The notes under the pieces were generated by a model. It was not told the DNA's origin. It saw only the letters and a program-made list of their open reading frames with translations, and made no database searches. Source: Botryllus schlosseri (taxonomy: Eukaryota). Taken from it: DNA of 64,000 bases. The stretch is from assembly GCA_051294905.1 (NCBI GenBank), contig CM119371.1:13332001-13396000 (forward strand), given 5' to 3'. Positions 39,201-49,787 of this stretch are shown here, piece by piece (position 1 is the stretch's first letter; each line of letters opens with the position of its first letter). The translations under genes were made by a program, and so were the position numbers.

Positions 39201-40467
39201 TACCAAATGTCGTACCACGGTTCCAGGTATTCCTACATGACATGTATGGATGACGGAAACTGGGATAACAAGGCCCCCATGTGCAACAGTAAGTGATTTG
39301 GATAACACATTCAAAGCAATGAGACAAGTTGAAACTATTGATTGACTAAAAGAAACACGGTAGTAAATATTAGTGTCATAGCAAGTCTCAATGAGCATTT
39401 GTTCGAATAATTAAACGGTTATAGGCCTACCGCTACTTTGGGCGATATAATCATTTACTGAGAAACCGTGTCTGATGTTTATAAGCTTCCGCACGATGTG
39501 GTGATTGCTTGATCTGGAAGTAAATCCACAAAATGATGATGAGAACACGATTTTAACTTTATACGATCTCCATGCTCAATTGTTCATATATAGCCGACAA
39601 ACAATTCCTACTTAAGTGCTTAAGGTATGTCTTGGCTCCTCCTCGCCATCTAACCAGCGTAAGCGGTCTTATAACAATACTAGAAGTGGGCCGCGCTAGA
39701 AGTCGGCAGTTACGGAATAAAACTGAAAATTATCGGCCAGGTGCAAGTGACCACTGACCAACGACCGTACTAGTGGACAAATAGACGAATACACCAAACA
39801 AGCAAACAATAGCCAACAACGTATTTTAAATACTTCTAATGGGAGACTGTGTAAATAATAATTTCATGTAGCTCATAAACGTATATGTACCAGCTGCCCC
39901 AGTGACTGTATTAACACGCCCTGACGCCGATGCAGTCGGACAGCACAAAAAAAAAGTGAAAGCACAATGTATCGCTACAATAAATGTCATAGTGCACACT
40001 GCAAATCAATTGAGTATGGTAGCTAAAACTGTGTTGACTTTCATAACGAGACATACTCTTCGCCTGACTTTATACTCGTTAAAGGATGGGGAAAGTAGCC
40101 TAATAGAACACGACCAGTTTATAATTATCGGATAATTCAGAGGGCGAATGTTTGTGGGGATAATTTACCGGAATTCATTCGCTATGGTGGGGGTGGTGGG
40201 AAATTCACTAACTGCAAATATTAATTTTAAGTGGCTGTTCAAAATTAAATGCTCTAATCGTAACACAATATACTCGTATTCCAGAAAACTGCGGCGTTCC
40301 CCGTCCCTATTCCTACGCCTTCTTCTACCCGGGGAATAAATACTCCTACTCTTACGGGGAAAAGATCACGTTCTACTGCAGCCGCGGATACAAACTCAAT
40401 AAAGCGTATCAGCAAGTATCTTGCGGTCGTGGCGGCAACTGGAGGGCTGAACTACCAAAATGCATCC
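24182..40467 (+). CDS. Gene B: secreted multi-CCP/Sushi protein, Tyr/Met/Lys/His-rich (signal peptide + 18 intact CCP modules, ~1170 aa), paralog of gene A
   Basis: Exons: 24182-24236, 24666-24848, 26156-26323, 26410-26595, 28201-28392, [broken module 29102-29170], 29253-29447, 31099-31293, 31381-31587, 32605-32799, 33088-33285, 33495-33695, 34932-35129, 35186-35380, 36252-36449, 37077-37271 (or 37277), 38012-38209, 38769-38951, 39103-39288, 40285-40467. All introns are GT-AG, phase 1. Intact exon lengths match the gene A counterparts. The terminal exon is ambiguous. Confidence 0.93.
24666..24848 (+). CDS. Gene B exon 2, CCP1
   Basis: CDKPNVKYATMRSSHDMRGGKYPSGSAVWIKCWDGYEMKGKERLNCDSSNNWDSDMPMCI; cttgcag / A|gtaagt. 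Confidence 0.9.
25618..25801. mobile_element. hAT-type MITE in gene B intron 2
   Basis: TIR TAGGGTTG / CAACCCTA, perfect TSD GCTGTGAC; single GCTGTGAC at the gene A site (~9334-9341). Confidence 0.9.
26156..26323 (+). CDS. Gene B exon 3, CCP2
   Basis: PCAHPRTFFGG...CQMDGKWKQASKCY. Confidence 0.88.
26410..26595 (+). CDS. Gene B exon 4, CCP3
   Basis: YCKVAKMNYG...CGDNGMWDRTPPMCK. Confidence 0.9.
26852..27930. mobile_element. hAT-type non-autonomous element in gene B intron 4
   Basis: TIR TAGGGTTACCATA / TATGGCAACCCTA, TSD ATATATAT, tccggac subterminal repeats. Confidence 0.88.
28201..28392 (+). CDS. Gene B exon 5, CCP4
   Basis: YCSAPDHMMNHHKSY...CMKDGNWDNMPFKCESA. Confidence 0.88.
28657..29085. 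mobile_element. hAT-type MITE inserted just upstream of the CCP5 acceptor of gene B
   Basis: TIR TAGGGTTGCAT / ATGCAACCCAA, perfect TSD ATTACGTC; same family as 25618-25801; empty site in gene A. Confidence 0.9.
29102..29170 (+). pseudogene. Truncated remnant of the CCP5 exon in gene B (pseudo-exon or 23-codon linker exon)
   Basis: KSTAPKHVKYNHMPYAKN aligns with gene A KCMAPKHMDYNHKPYAKN; the rest of the module and the original donor are deleted. Confidence 0.8.
29253..29447 (+). CDS. Gene B exon 7 (CCP)
   Basis: YCEKPMIDHG...CMKNGMWDFMPPRCVMKQ. Confidence 0.88.
29613..30598. mobile_element. hAT-type element with GTTCAC/GTGAAC subterminal repeats
   Basis: TIR TAGAGATGGTGTGAAC / GTTCCCACCATTCCCA, TSD gtatttat/gtatttaa; an internal segment recurs at ~14870-15030. 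Confidence 0.8.
31099..31293 (+). CDS. Gene B exon 8 (CCP)
   Basis: MCKKPDFNG...APKCRPMNM; A|gtgagt. Confidence 0.9.
31381..31587 (+). CDS. Gene B exon 9 (CCP)
   Basis: YCMPSMVEHG...PPKCNSMKHSSG. Confidence 0.9.
32605..32799 (+). CDS. Gene B exon 10 (CCP)
   Basis: GCMGHDVMYG...PPPMCKSAHK. Confidence 0.9.
33088..33285 (+). CDS. Gene B exon 11 (CCP)
   Basis: YCYSPKIMHG...PPMCKSHKM. Confidence 0.9.
33495..33695 (+). CDS. Gene B exon 12 (CCP)
   Basis: YCNPPNFEHG...HPMCKLATK. Confidence 0.9.
34932..35129 (+). CDS. Gene B exon 13 (CCP)
   Basis: HCDAPVIEHG...PPMCKKAMM. Confidence 0.9.
35186..35380 (+). CDS. Gene B exon 14 (CCP)
   Basis: YCHAPEFYYG...SPKCLDMKK; follows a 56-bp intron. Confidence 0.9.
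36252..36449 (+). CDS. Gene B exon 15 (CCP)
   Basis: YCKMPKFEHG...PPTCKKMTA. Confidence 0.9.
37077..37277 (+). CDS. Gene B exon 16 (CCP); donor after either 37271 or 37277 (both phase 1)
   Basis: SCMHMMVPHG...CGRDGKWTRKQPKCMKI(GK). Confidence 0.85.
38012..38209 (+). CDS. Gene B exon 17 (CCP)
   Basis: YCSPPMVEHG...CQMDGNWDKLPECKRMPT. Confidence 0.9.
38769..38951 (+). CDS. Gene B exon 18 (CCP, His-rich subtype)
   Basis: YCKVPDHRAYNHVAY...CMKDGNWDGEPQKCK. Confidence 0.88.
39103..39288 (+). CDS. Gene B exon 19 (CCP)
   Basis: YCMGNDVMHGYYYPMKMYY...CMDDGNWDNKAPMCN. Confidence 0.9.
40285..40467 (+). CDS. Gene B exon 20, last CCP (NCGVPRPYSYAFFYPGNKYSYSYGEKITFYCSRGYKLNKAYQQVSCGRGGNWRAELPKCI)
   Basis: ttccag acceptor, C|gtaagt donor, 183 nt; not in the ORF track. 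Confidence 0.88.
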
Positions 40468-41014
40468 GTAAGTACCGCAGCACTGCGTCGGTGACTGAAG
40501 TAAAAATGTGATATACCCTAGTTCATTATGACACAGTTTCTCACAATCAGTTTAAGACTTGTCGTCTTTCACATAATATGATCCGTAATGCCATATTTCA
40601 TTTATTCCAATATCTTTGTTAATGTTATACACATTACACTCATGCAGTGGGGTTATAGATTACTTCCGTTTCGAATTGAGTAGTTTATGCGGTTAAACTC
40701 ACTGTTTACATTCTTAATTTGTCGAGTAGTATTTGGATAGATTTACATCAGTTTTTATGATTGAAATTCAGATAACTATACCAGGCGATGAAACCAATGC
40801 GCCATCGTAGCATTAATCTGTCGAAACATCAACACCGACACATCTTTGATGTTTTATCGGCAATATTGTAACGCCAATCTCGGTGGTCCCATCTATGATT
40901 GAGATATCTTAGTACTTCAACAGGGTAGTTCTATAGGCAATTTACAGCAGCGCAAACTATATTGATTTGGTAGGTTAATGACGCGACGAAATAAGAAATA
41001 TAGCGCGAAATCAC

Positions 41015-42258
41015 CAGAGGTGGTCAAAGTAGTCAAGAAAGCTACTCAAGTAGAAGTAGAAGTAGCGACGACAAAATCTACCCAAGTACAAGTAGTAGAA
41101 GTACTTCTTCCATAAGCAACCTAAAACTACTTGCAGTAAAAGTAGAATTGACCGACTTTAAATCTACTCAAGTAAGTAAGTAGTTTTAGAAACAGTCTTA
41201 ATTCGTTCGCACGGACTGTAAGCTGCAAATTGAGCTATGCAGAAGGTGCAGAGAGCTTGATTCGTATTGATGCATCCGAGGAGATCAGATGTAAATTATA
41301 GCACTGATATGAAAATGAGATAGAAACCCTTTGTTTACTAGAAGACCCCGTTTTAGAGAATATCATGGCATGGCGCCACCCCATAAGGCACCAAGTTTAG
41401 GCGAAGAGCAATACGGACAAGTTGTATCGAATACGATTTGAACACTTTGCGTGACTAGTGTACGTTAATAACAAGTATTGTGGATCGTAAAATCTATATT
41501 TAGTGTAGCTTTATTTTCGGAAGATAGAGGCATTACTACACTTGCTTTTATGTTTCAACATATAGGCCTGTGCTCTGCAGACAAAAGAACTGAAAGTAAC
41601 TAGAACTCAAATTATGATACTCAGAATTAATAGTGAAATACAAATACCACTTCTAAAAAGCGGAAATATATTTCATGTCTTTTGTCCATAAAGCTTCAAA
41701 GGTGATCAGCTAAAACAGGTGTAACGTTAAAAAAGCCACATTTTCCAGATTAGCAGGACACGTCATGGGCTGCTAGATTACGATATGATAGGTAATTGCT
41801 AGATTGCGAAACGGTAGTTTCAAACGTTATGGTGGGCCATGTATACTGTGATGAAATATTTGATATGGGCGACAATGCGGTGTGAGCGGAACCAAGCAAT
41901 CCAGTACCTAAATTATATTTCTGATACTCTCGTTAAAACATATTTGTCACTCCATAACTACTGTGTGCGAAGTGCAACAAAATTTCTGGACTTTACTTGA
42001 CTTTCATGAATATTAAATGTTGGTACTGCGTGTAAACAGCCCCGAAATTCCTCAGGTTAGTATTGGGGGATTAAACTACTTCTACTTGACAAACTGAAAA
42101 TAGCGAAAAGTAAGTAAGTAGATCACAAAAATATTATGAAGTAAAAGTAGAAGTAGAGAAAATCAGATCTACTTGAGTAAGTACCAGAAGTAGAGGAAAA
42201 CTACTTGAGTACTTCAAAAAAGTAGAAGTACTTCGTTACTGACCAGTGACCACCTCTG
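41015..42258. mobile_element. hAT-type element with AAGTAG/CTACTT repeats
   Basis: TIR CAGAGGTGGTC / GACCACCTCTG, perfect TSD GAAATCAC. Confidence 0.9.
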
Positions 42259-42359
42259 GAAATCACCTGCAGCAAAATAACGCATCAATCAATTCAATGC
42301 CATTTTCCGAATATGTAATAATTATATACAGTGCATCTAATGTTCCTAATTTATTCCAG

Positions 42360-42473
42360 GCCGTTGAAGTACTGAAAAGATATCAAAGTCGACGTATGAA
42401 ACTATGAACATAAAGGAATGATACTTCTCTTTCGAATTTACTCAACCTATTACCACATTTAACCGGAAATAAA
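42360..42473 (+). other. Candidate terminal exon of gene B (RR-stop, 3'UTR, AATAAA at 42468-42473); alternative candidate 40772-40791 (HNYTRR-stop)
   Basis: ctaat...ttattccag acceptor, in-frame TGA at 42365-42367, polyA signal ~100 nt later; cannot be distinguished from the 40772 candidate without RNA data. Confidence 0.4.
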
Positions 42474-44149
42474 AACTTATTTGCAGTAAAATGTAGCCAT
42501 ATTGCATTGCCTATATCTATATTGTATGCAGGGTAGTGAAGAGGTGACACATCAATAGCTTAAACAGGAGTGGGATACTAGCCATAGCCTACGATGTAGT
42601 ACGATGAGATTTGCGGGCAGATCTGACTTATTTCCTTCAGTAGCGGACGGTCGCATTCTTGTTTCTTATTCGCTCAAATTAACATATCTGCTTGCTATCA
42701 ACATCGTAGCTGATGTATTTCAGTTTCGGTGGGAACGCCCGATTTTTTATTTTGAAAATTTATTTTTTCTCTCACTTAAATTTGCTGAAGCATATCCTAC
42801 GCTCGAGATCCTTTGGCGTCTCATTTGAAGTTATCTCGCACGTCATGGTTTGATTACCCCAGCATTCACTGTAAAAAATCTCCACATTTTTTAAAAATGT
42901 GCTGGATAATATAAGCCTTTTTCAATCTATGTGAACTAGCTACTTAGGCCGGATGGAATCGCTTGGCGGGCCATGCGGCCCGCGGGCCGTATGTTAGACA
43001 CCCCTGCTTTAGGCTAAAGGTTTGCTTGTGCAACCTGCTGGATGTGTGGGACTATTAGCCACCGTAAATTAGGCGCCGGCCCTAAAGCCCGTCACAAGAC
43101 ACACCAATACATGCGAAGTTTTGGTGATTACATGATCACGTGATTATAACATCGTTGGTTGCAAATCTTGGCATTTTATTTGTAGTGTCCTGGCCCTGTA
43201 GCAGCAATGAACGCTCTTTTATTTTAGTTCAATGTGTGACTGTCTCATTGGTGACTATACCTTGCCGTGGTCATGTCATTGGCCACAGAAGGTATTAATT
43301 AAAATTGGCCGTCACAAACAACCGTATCAAGACTTTTCTACCAGTGTGGGTCTATTTCTAGACTGGTTATTCACCCATTAAAATGACTTGATATGACTTA
43401 TTTGCGGATATATCGTACCGAAATTCAAAATTGGAAGCGAAATATTAGAGAGATGAAGTTCCACTCGAATCACTGGCATAATATTCTTATAACCGGCCAT
43501 TTCCAATCACGTTTCTTCAGTTTCTATGTTTTAAATACATCGCTATCTACTATAAATCCATTCTGTTTAAGCTGACGTTTCGGAATAGCGGCGAGGTATC
43601 GCACATAACACGCTTAGGAAAGCACCCCACCTCAGGCTACATGGATGTCGAACTGCTCATAGTGAATCAGCGCGTTTAAATATATCGTCGACTGAGCGAC
43701 TGTGAGCGTGTTATTTCGTTTACTAGACTTCGTGACTGCGTCACATGTTAAAAGTAATAGAGATACGACAGCGTCATTTAGTTGCTTTGTCACTTAACAC
43801 GCCAATCTTTTGCTGTTATGCTACCTGTGGTCTCCAGAAAGGCGACGGTTGTAGGAAGCTGACTTTGTGCTGGTTCTCAAATCTCAACTGACACCGAACA
43901 AGAACACCAAGTGGGTGAATCTTTTGATTAATGACGTTAAAAATCACTCGTAATTCTGATGAGTAGGGCAAGTTTTTGTTGCAGTTAAATCCGTGGAAAG
44001 TTGCATTTTGTTTTGGAAAAAGTTGAAAAGTTGCAGAAGTTGCAACACTTGCCCTACTGATGAGACAATAACAAATATAAGAGAACCAGAACTTTAACAA
44101 CAACAAAACAGACTAATTTGCAGGCACAGCAAACGCAGAATGTTTTATG

Positions 44150-44870
44150 TGAATGTGGTCGCTTGCTGAATCAAGCGATTTAGAAAGGCGCCATCGTTGT
44201 CCTGGCTTGGGTACCTGAGCATGCTGATATCGGTGGTAATGAGTTAGCCGATAAATTGGCTTGGCAAGCCGCCAGGACTGATGTCGAAAATACCCCTTCT
44301 CATACACTTCCAGACGAAGTTAGCCACGCTGCGGCTAAAGCCAAAGGACGTCCATACTGTAGAGCGACCTGGAACGCCGTATATCAACGAAATGAGCGAG
44401 GAGGTCACTATCGAAATTTCCATAGATCATTGACTGATGGCCACTTTCCATCGATGCATCGACATAGGCTTTACGAGCGATTAATATTTCGGCTTCTTTC
44501 AGGCCATTGCCGCCTGAAAGCGCATTTATATAAAATTGGATGTAGCGACACCGACCTATGCGACCATTGTAACGCACCTGAAACAGTCGAGCATTTTTTG
44601 CTGCACTGCAATCGATATGATTTTCATCGGAACTTTTTATTCGACGGGGCGCGCGAGCTCAAAATCACCGCAACACTCGAAAATCTACTGATCATCACTG
44701 AAATATAATCCCATGTTGCAGAATTTGTTTTATCTTGTGGTACTTATTTTAAATCGGTTCTTGCCCACATTTTGGTGTATCGATCGCTCATTCTAGTCCG
44801 TGACGCACCTGGCCTCACAGGCGAAAAGCGTCACTCAACTTTTCATCAATAATATTATTAATAATAATAA
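44150..44870 (+). mobile_element. 5'-truncated non-LTR retrotransposon (I-group-like) 3' end: RNase H C-terminus + CCHC motif
   Basis: LAWVPEHADIGGNELADKLA (RNase H motif), RLLSGHCRLKAHLYKIG and CDHCNAPETVEHFLLHC, followed by a (TAA)n-like tail near 44855. Confidence 0.8.
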
Positions 44871-45609
44871 CAAATCGGACGACCGCCACCGCGTCACCTA
44901 ACATATTGAGCCCTGTTTCACGTGCGACAAACCATCTGCACTCCGAAGGACTGAAGGTGGCGAAGGATGAGCCATAAGGAAAATCTGTAGCACGCAATTT
45001 ACTCACAAAATATTTGTAGCCGCCGTACGGCCCTAAGGTGTCGCTGTAGCTCCTTCACACTCCCGCCAAGCAAGGAAGTGGACTCAGTTTCATAGTTACA
45101 ACACAGCGGTAACTAGGTCTTACGCATCATGGTGCAATTCACTGTTTAGTGCGCGTGCGTAAGTGGTAGGATCGTTTTAGCATTACTTCAGTTATTAGAA
45201 TAGGAATAGTTGGGTTATTGCATTACTAGAATAGGGTTAGTCAGGTCAATTCATTCATTGTCTCACTGTTTTGATAACTCGTTACAGTCAAAGTAAATCT
45301 ATAAATATAATTAACTAAAAAACCCGGAAGACACATTGTCAAGTAAGATGCTTTGTATATGATAAGCTTAGGATGTATTTGCCAATGCTTATTGTATTTC
45401 ATTTTTAACAGAAAACACGCACCAACAAAGCGAGTCTTTTTCTCTGTGCCGAAAGGGAATATAAGCAGCCAGATATTTCAATCCACCCTGTGGCGCGATC
45501 TGCGGGTTGCGGCTACAATATTCAATTACTATACACAAATAATACATTAACCACAAAATTTACACAAAACATACATTCCCAAATATCCGAAAAAATCCCG
45601 GATTAGGAG

Positions 45610-47932
45610 TAGGGCTGGGCAAAGTCGAGTATGTCAGTTTCTGAGTCAAGTGTTCGGGTATCGCTAAGTATGAGGTCATAAAATAATAATACATTTAGGA
45701 CAATATTGTGAGTTACAAGTCAACAAAAATAGTGTAAGATTCTCTGACCATGACTCTTTCATGGCACTTTATCGTGACAATGCCACTGGTTAAACAAATG
45801 ACGTTTCTATTCACATTAGAGCGGGCATGGACCGGAGCCGGACTTTTTCATTTCTATCCGCAGCCGATTCGGAGCCGGATCAGTACTTTTTACTAAGAAT
45901 ATGACAGCCTAACCCTCTTTCACCCTCGAATCAATAGTCAAAGTGAAACGTTCATGAGAATAAACCACATGCCAAGTCCAAGTTGGCATAATTACTTCAG
46001 ATAATGGTTGGGATTGATCTTCGAGTTTTTAATTTCATATTTGCATTGTTTAAATCAGTGGTTCTTAACCTTGCCCCCAGCGCCCCCCAGGGGGCGCTGG
46101 CGATTTTGAAGGGGGGCGGAAACGCTCAGGGGGCGATATGGGGGGCGCTGGGCTCAGGGGGCGGTATGGGGGGCGCTGGAGAAAAATGGCTTCGCAGTAG
46201 ATTATGTGGTGCTAGGACATATCCTTAATGAGTATTCAGAGCAAATTAACACCGAAAACTTCGTTACATATAGCCTTCAAAATACATATAGGTTTAATTG
46301 TCCATGGGCGCCTAAATGACTGACACCGAATGTTCCTGTCTTGGCAATCTGAACCCCAGAAGACGAATTCCATCTGGCAGGGAAAAATTATATGTCAGTG
46401 AAGAAATACCAATCTGAAATCGTGTGCGTCTTTTAGTTTAGTACGATTGGGCGACAGGGATATGTTGGGCGATATCCCCGTTGAGCGATTCTATATTTTT
46501 TGATATTGCAGACAAGGGTCACGAAATAACATCATGCAACGAAGTCATACCAACGGGTTCGCCCGCCCGAATATGTTTAATCATTAGTAACGGGCCCTAC
46601 AGTTTCCAAGAAACCTCACAATGTTCGCTTTAAGTTTTGATGAGTCTGTGTACACTCAACAACTCACTGCGCTGACCCCTGGACAACAGTGCGTATCGAC
46701 CAAAAAAAGGTAATAATTTCGGATTTGTTGTGCGCAACGTAGATTTTCTGTGCGCAGAGACCGTGTCAGCACTGCGCACGCGCAGAGCTTAGAGGGAACA
46801 TTGCACCTCACTCAGCTCTACCGGTAAATGTGTTTACGTGAGCAGAGAGAGGATAAAAGTTAATCTCAATTTACATGCAATTCCCGATGATATTGACCAA
46901 TTCAATCATTAATTAGTGAAATTATTCGCGCTTCGCGCGACTAGGCGAGGATAGCTGCCTCAGTAAATGGACACCCAATGGAGATATCTAACAGGCTTTG
47001 AGCAAATAGAGGACAGCCTAATGGGGGTCTGGGAGTGAAGTCCCCCGGAAGCTTGGTTTATCACCCGATGGGGGCCCAGGATCAACGTTTTTTGTTTGTG
47101 GGGGGGCTGACGAAGTGCTGTTACGGCCCTGGTAACGAATAATTGTATACCTGCGGGCACGCCCGAATATGTTTAATTATTAATTACGTGCCCTTTGTCT
47201 TCCTATACAACAGCTCACTCAGTTTATCACGATTTATATATGTAATTACCACCAATTCATTCATGCATTATAGAAAATTTCGGTACCTAGGGCGACCAGG
47301 CCACACAAACTTTGCTGACCATCGAAATCACGATGGGGGGCTCGTGGGGGCGAAGCCCTCAGAAGTTCGGTTTATCACGCTATGGGTGCGCAAGGCAATC
47401 GTTTTTAGGGGGTTGACGAAGTGCTGTTACGGCCCTCCCTCTTACTCATTGTCTTTATTACATTCCTTACATTATGAAGTTGGGGAGGGGGGCGCTGGAG
47501 CACGATAATTTTTGAAAGGGGGCGCTGGAGGAAAAAAGGTTAAGAACCAATGGTTTAAATCAATATTAAAAACTATACCGTGAGTAGAATATCCGAGTTT
47601 TTCGAGCCGGATTACGGTCATTTCTAGAATCTGGTCTAGGAGCTGGACCGGAGACGGACCTGAGCTTTAAAAAACATGATTGGAGTAAAAACAGATAATT
47701 TGCCGATCTGATCCGGGCAAAATGTTTTGGAACGTGAGTGGCGACAAACCTCGCTGTGTAAGGAAATTCAATAAATAACATTTTTCGTTGATGAAATAAC
47801 TCTGAGTGTGAATGGCGTATGTATTTCATACTGGAAAAATATTCCACTCTTCATACTTCGTACTGGAATAATTACAATATTGATACTCGACTACGATTCG
47901 AGCTATTGCTCAGTCCGTGGTGTCCTGCCCTA
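45610..47932. mobile_element. Older hAT-type element hosting nested insertions
   Basis: TIR TAGGGCTGGGCA / TGTCCTGCCCTA, imperfect TSD attaggag/atcagggg. Confidence 0.6.
46056..47552. mobile_element. hAT (Charlie-like TIR) element with GGGGCGCT repeats
   Basis: TIR CAGTGGTTCTTAACCT / AGGTTAAGAACCAATG, perfect TSD GTTTAAAT. Confidence 0.9.
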
Positions 47933-49216
47933 ATCAGGGGTTTGTACAGTGGCGGCTCGTCCTATAGGGCAACTGGGGCATTGCCCCACCTAAAATTCTG
48001 TTCAATAACAATTCTTTACCATTTATAGACGCACAGCAATCTATATATACCGAAATCACAGCAAAAATCGTATTCTTCTTGTCCTTTCGCTTGTAAATGC
48101 CCATATATATAGCGAAGCAGACATGGGGTGATTACTTCACGAATGTAATCGATTGCGATTACGATTACTTGTAAATCCCGCGATTACGATTACGATTACG
48201 ATTACAGCAAAATCAGGAAGTAGTCGATTACGATTACGATTACATTTCAAAAGTAATCACGATTACACACGATTACATTTGTTTTGCTTCTTAGAACTAA
48301 TATATTGGAAGAGATATTTGAAGACAATATAAGGCTTTTGATGAAAATAAGGTCTAATGAGATAACAACTTTCTTTATAAATAATACGTCATTTGCTTGT
48401 TGCGTCATAATCCACACATTGCCCGACTCTATGCAGGACTATTCGTCGCACCCAACGATTTGCATTCTTGCCAGGTCCGTAACTGCCACACTCCAAAGTC
48501 CCCAATAGGACCGGGAGCGAGCTCTAAGGGGATTCAAAAGTATTTCGTAAATCAACATAAATTATTATAGAGTATTTTCAAGAGAGTTAATTAACTTTAA
48601 AATTTTCTTCGAGCTTCGGGATTTAATGTCTCTAAATAGCCCGATTTTGAAATGCATACCTCTCCCCCTCAAGAAAAAAAGCATGCATAATTTATAGGAA
48701 TATGCATTTTTGTGGCGGTCATTACTCCGCCACGACACACCAAAGACGTATGCAATTTCGGCCAACATTCAACTCCACAAAGTGTGCTACCAAAGAATGA
48801 CCTTGGCCAAAACTTTGGGTATGTGTCCATTGTCAGTAGCCGCGCCCTGTGGGCGTGACGAACAGTCTGGTCCCTCCAATCTGAGTCCCGACAATGCAAA
48901 TGCTAGCCGGGGCACTCACAGAAGAATGAAGACATTACAATTTGTGTGTGCGTCTAACGAAAGTTTTTCGTTTAGTCTACTGCGTTTGGGCGACTACAGT
49001 ATCATTTGCTTATACGAAAGGCGAGAGGTCGCGAATTAACAACATACAATAAAGTAATTATAACAACATACCAGATGCTATAATTATGAATTACGTGCCC
49101 CCAGCTCTACCGGTAAATCTGAAAGAATAGCAATATAATGCAATTACCAATATTATGACGAAATTCAGTCATCAACTTGAAAAGTGACCAACATGGGGGC
49201 ATGGGGCCCCAATACC

Positions 49217-49782
49217 AAGGGTTGTAATGACTCGAGTCGCGATTATTTGGTGACTAGAATCGACTCGAGTCATTTTTTTAAATGCGTAAATTGACTCGAC
49301 TTGAGTCAATGTTTGTATTGACTCGACTTGTATACTCGGGTCATTTTGCATGACTCGTGAACCAAATCATATGACTCGAGACTAGAATGGCCAAGACAGA
49401 CATTCAATGTAACTTCGAAGAATAGTAAAGTTACCACATTATTTGTATTTCGTCTATCAGTCCTGGTACATGGGAGTAGGGCGGTAAACTGTGAAAACTG
49501 ACGAAAATTACTATATTATGAATACGAGCCATTCTATATCACTCGAGCAGAGTTGAAAAAAGTGAGTGGAGCCGGATTGATCTGAAAACTGATCTGTGAA
49601 CATAACGACTTGGACTCGCACTCGAGTCAAACACTATGACTCGGACTCGACCCTCTACTAGCTGACTTGGACTCGGACCTGACTCGGGGGTGAATTGAAA
49701 ATGACTCAACCTGACTCGTGTCAAAACTATAAAAGTGAAATTGACTTGTGACTCGGAACATTGTGACTTGGTTACAACCCTA
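49217..49782. mobile_element. GACTCGAGTC-rich MITE
   Basis: TIR AGGGTTGTAA / TTACAACCCT, perfect TSD CCAATACC. Confidence 0.9.
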
Positions 49783-49787
49783 CCAAT

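Noticed and set aside
284..39398. Many hydrophobic antisense ORFs overlapping the CCP exons (e.g. 284-601, 1953-2171, 32601-32870)
   Set aside because: They are shadows of Tyr/Lys/Asp-rich codons on the opposite strand, with no independent gene structure.
24182..40467. Naming the genes CFH / CR1 / C4BP orthologs because of ~18-19 CCP modules
   Set aside because: Only the generic domain architecture is shared. Composition and loop lengths differ, and orthology cannot be shown from the sequence, so no gene symbol is given.
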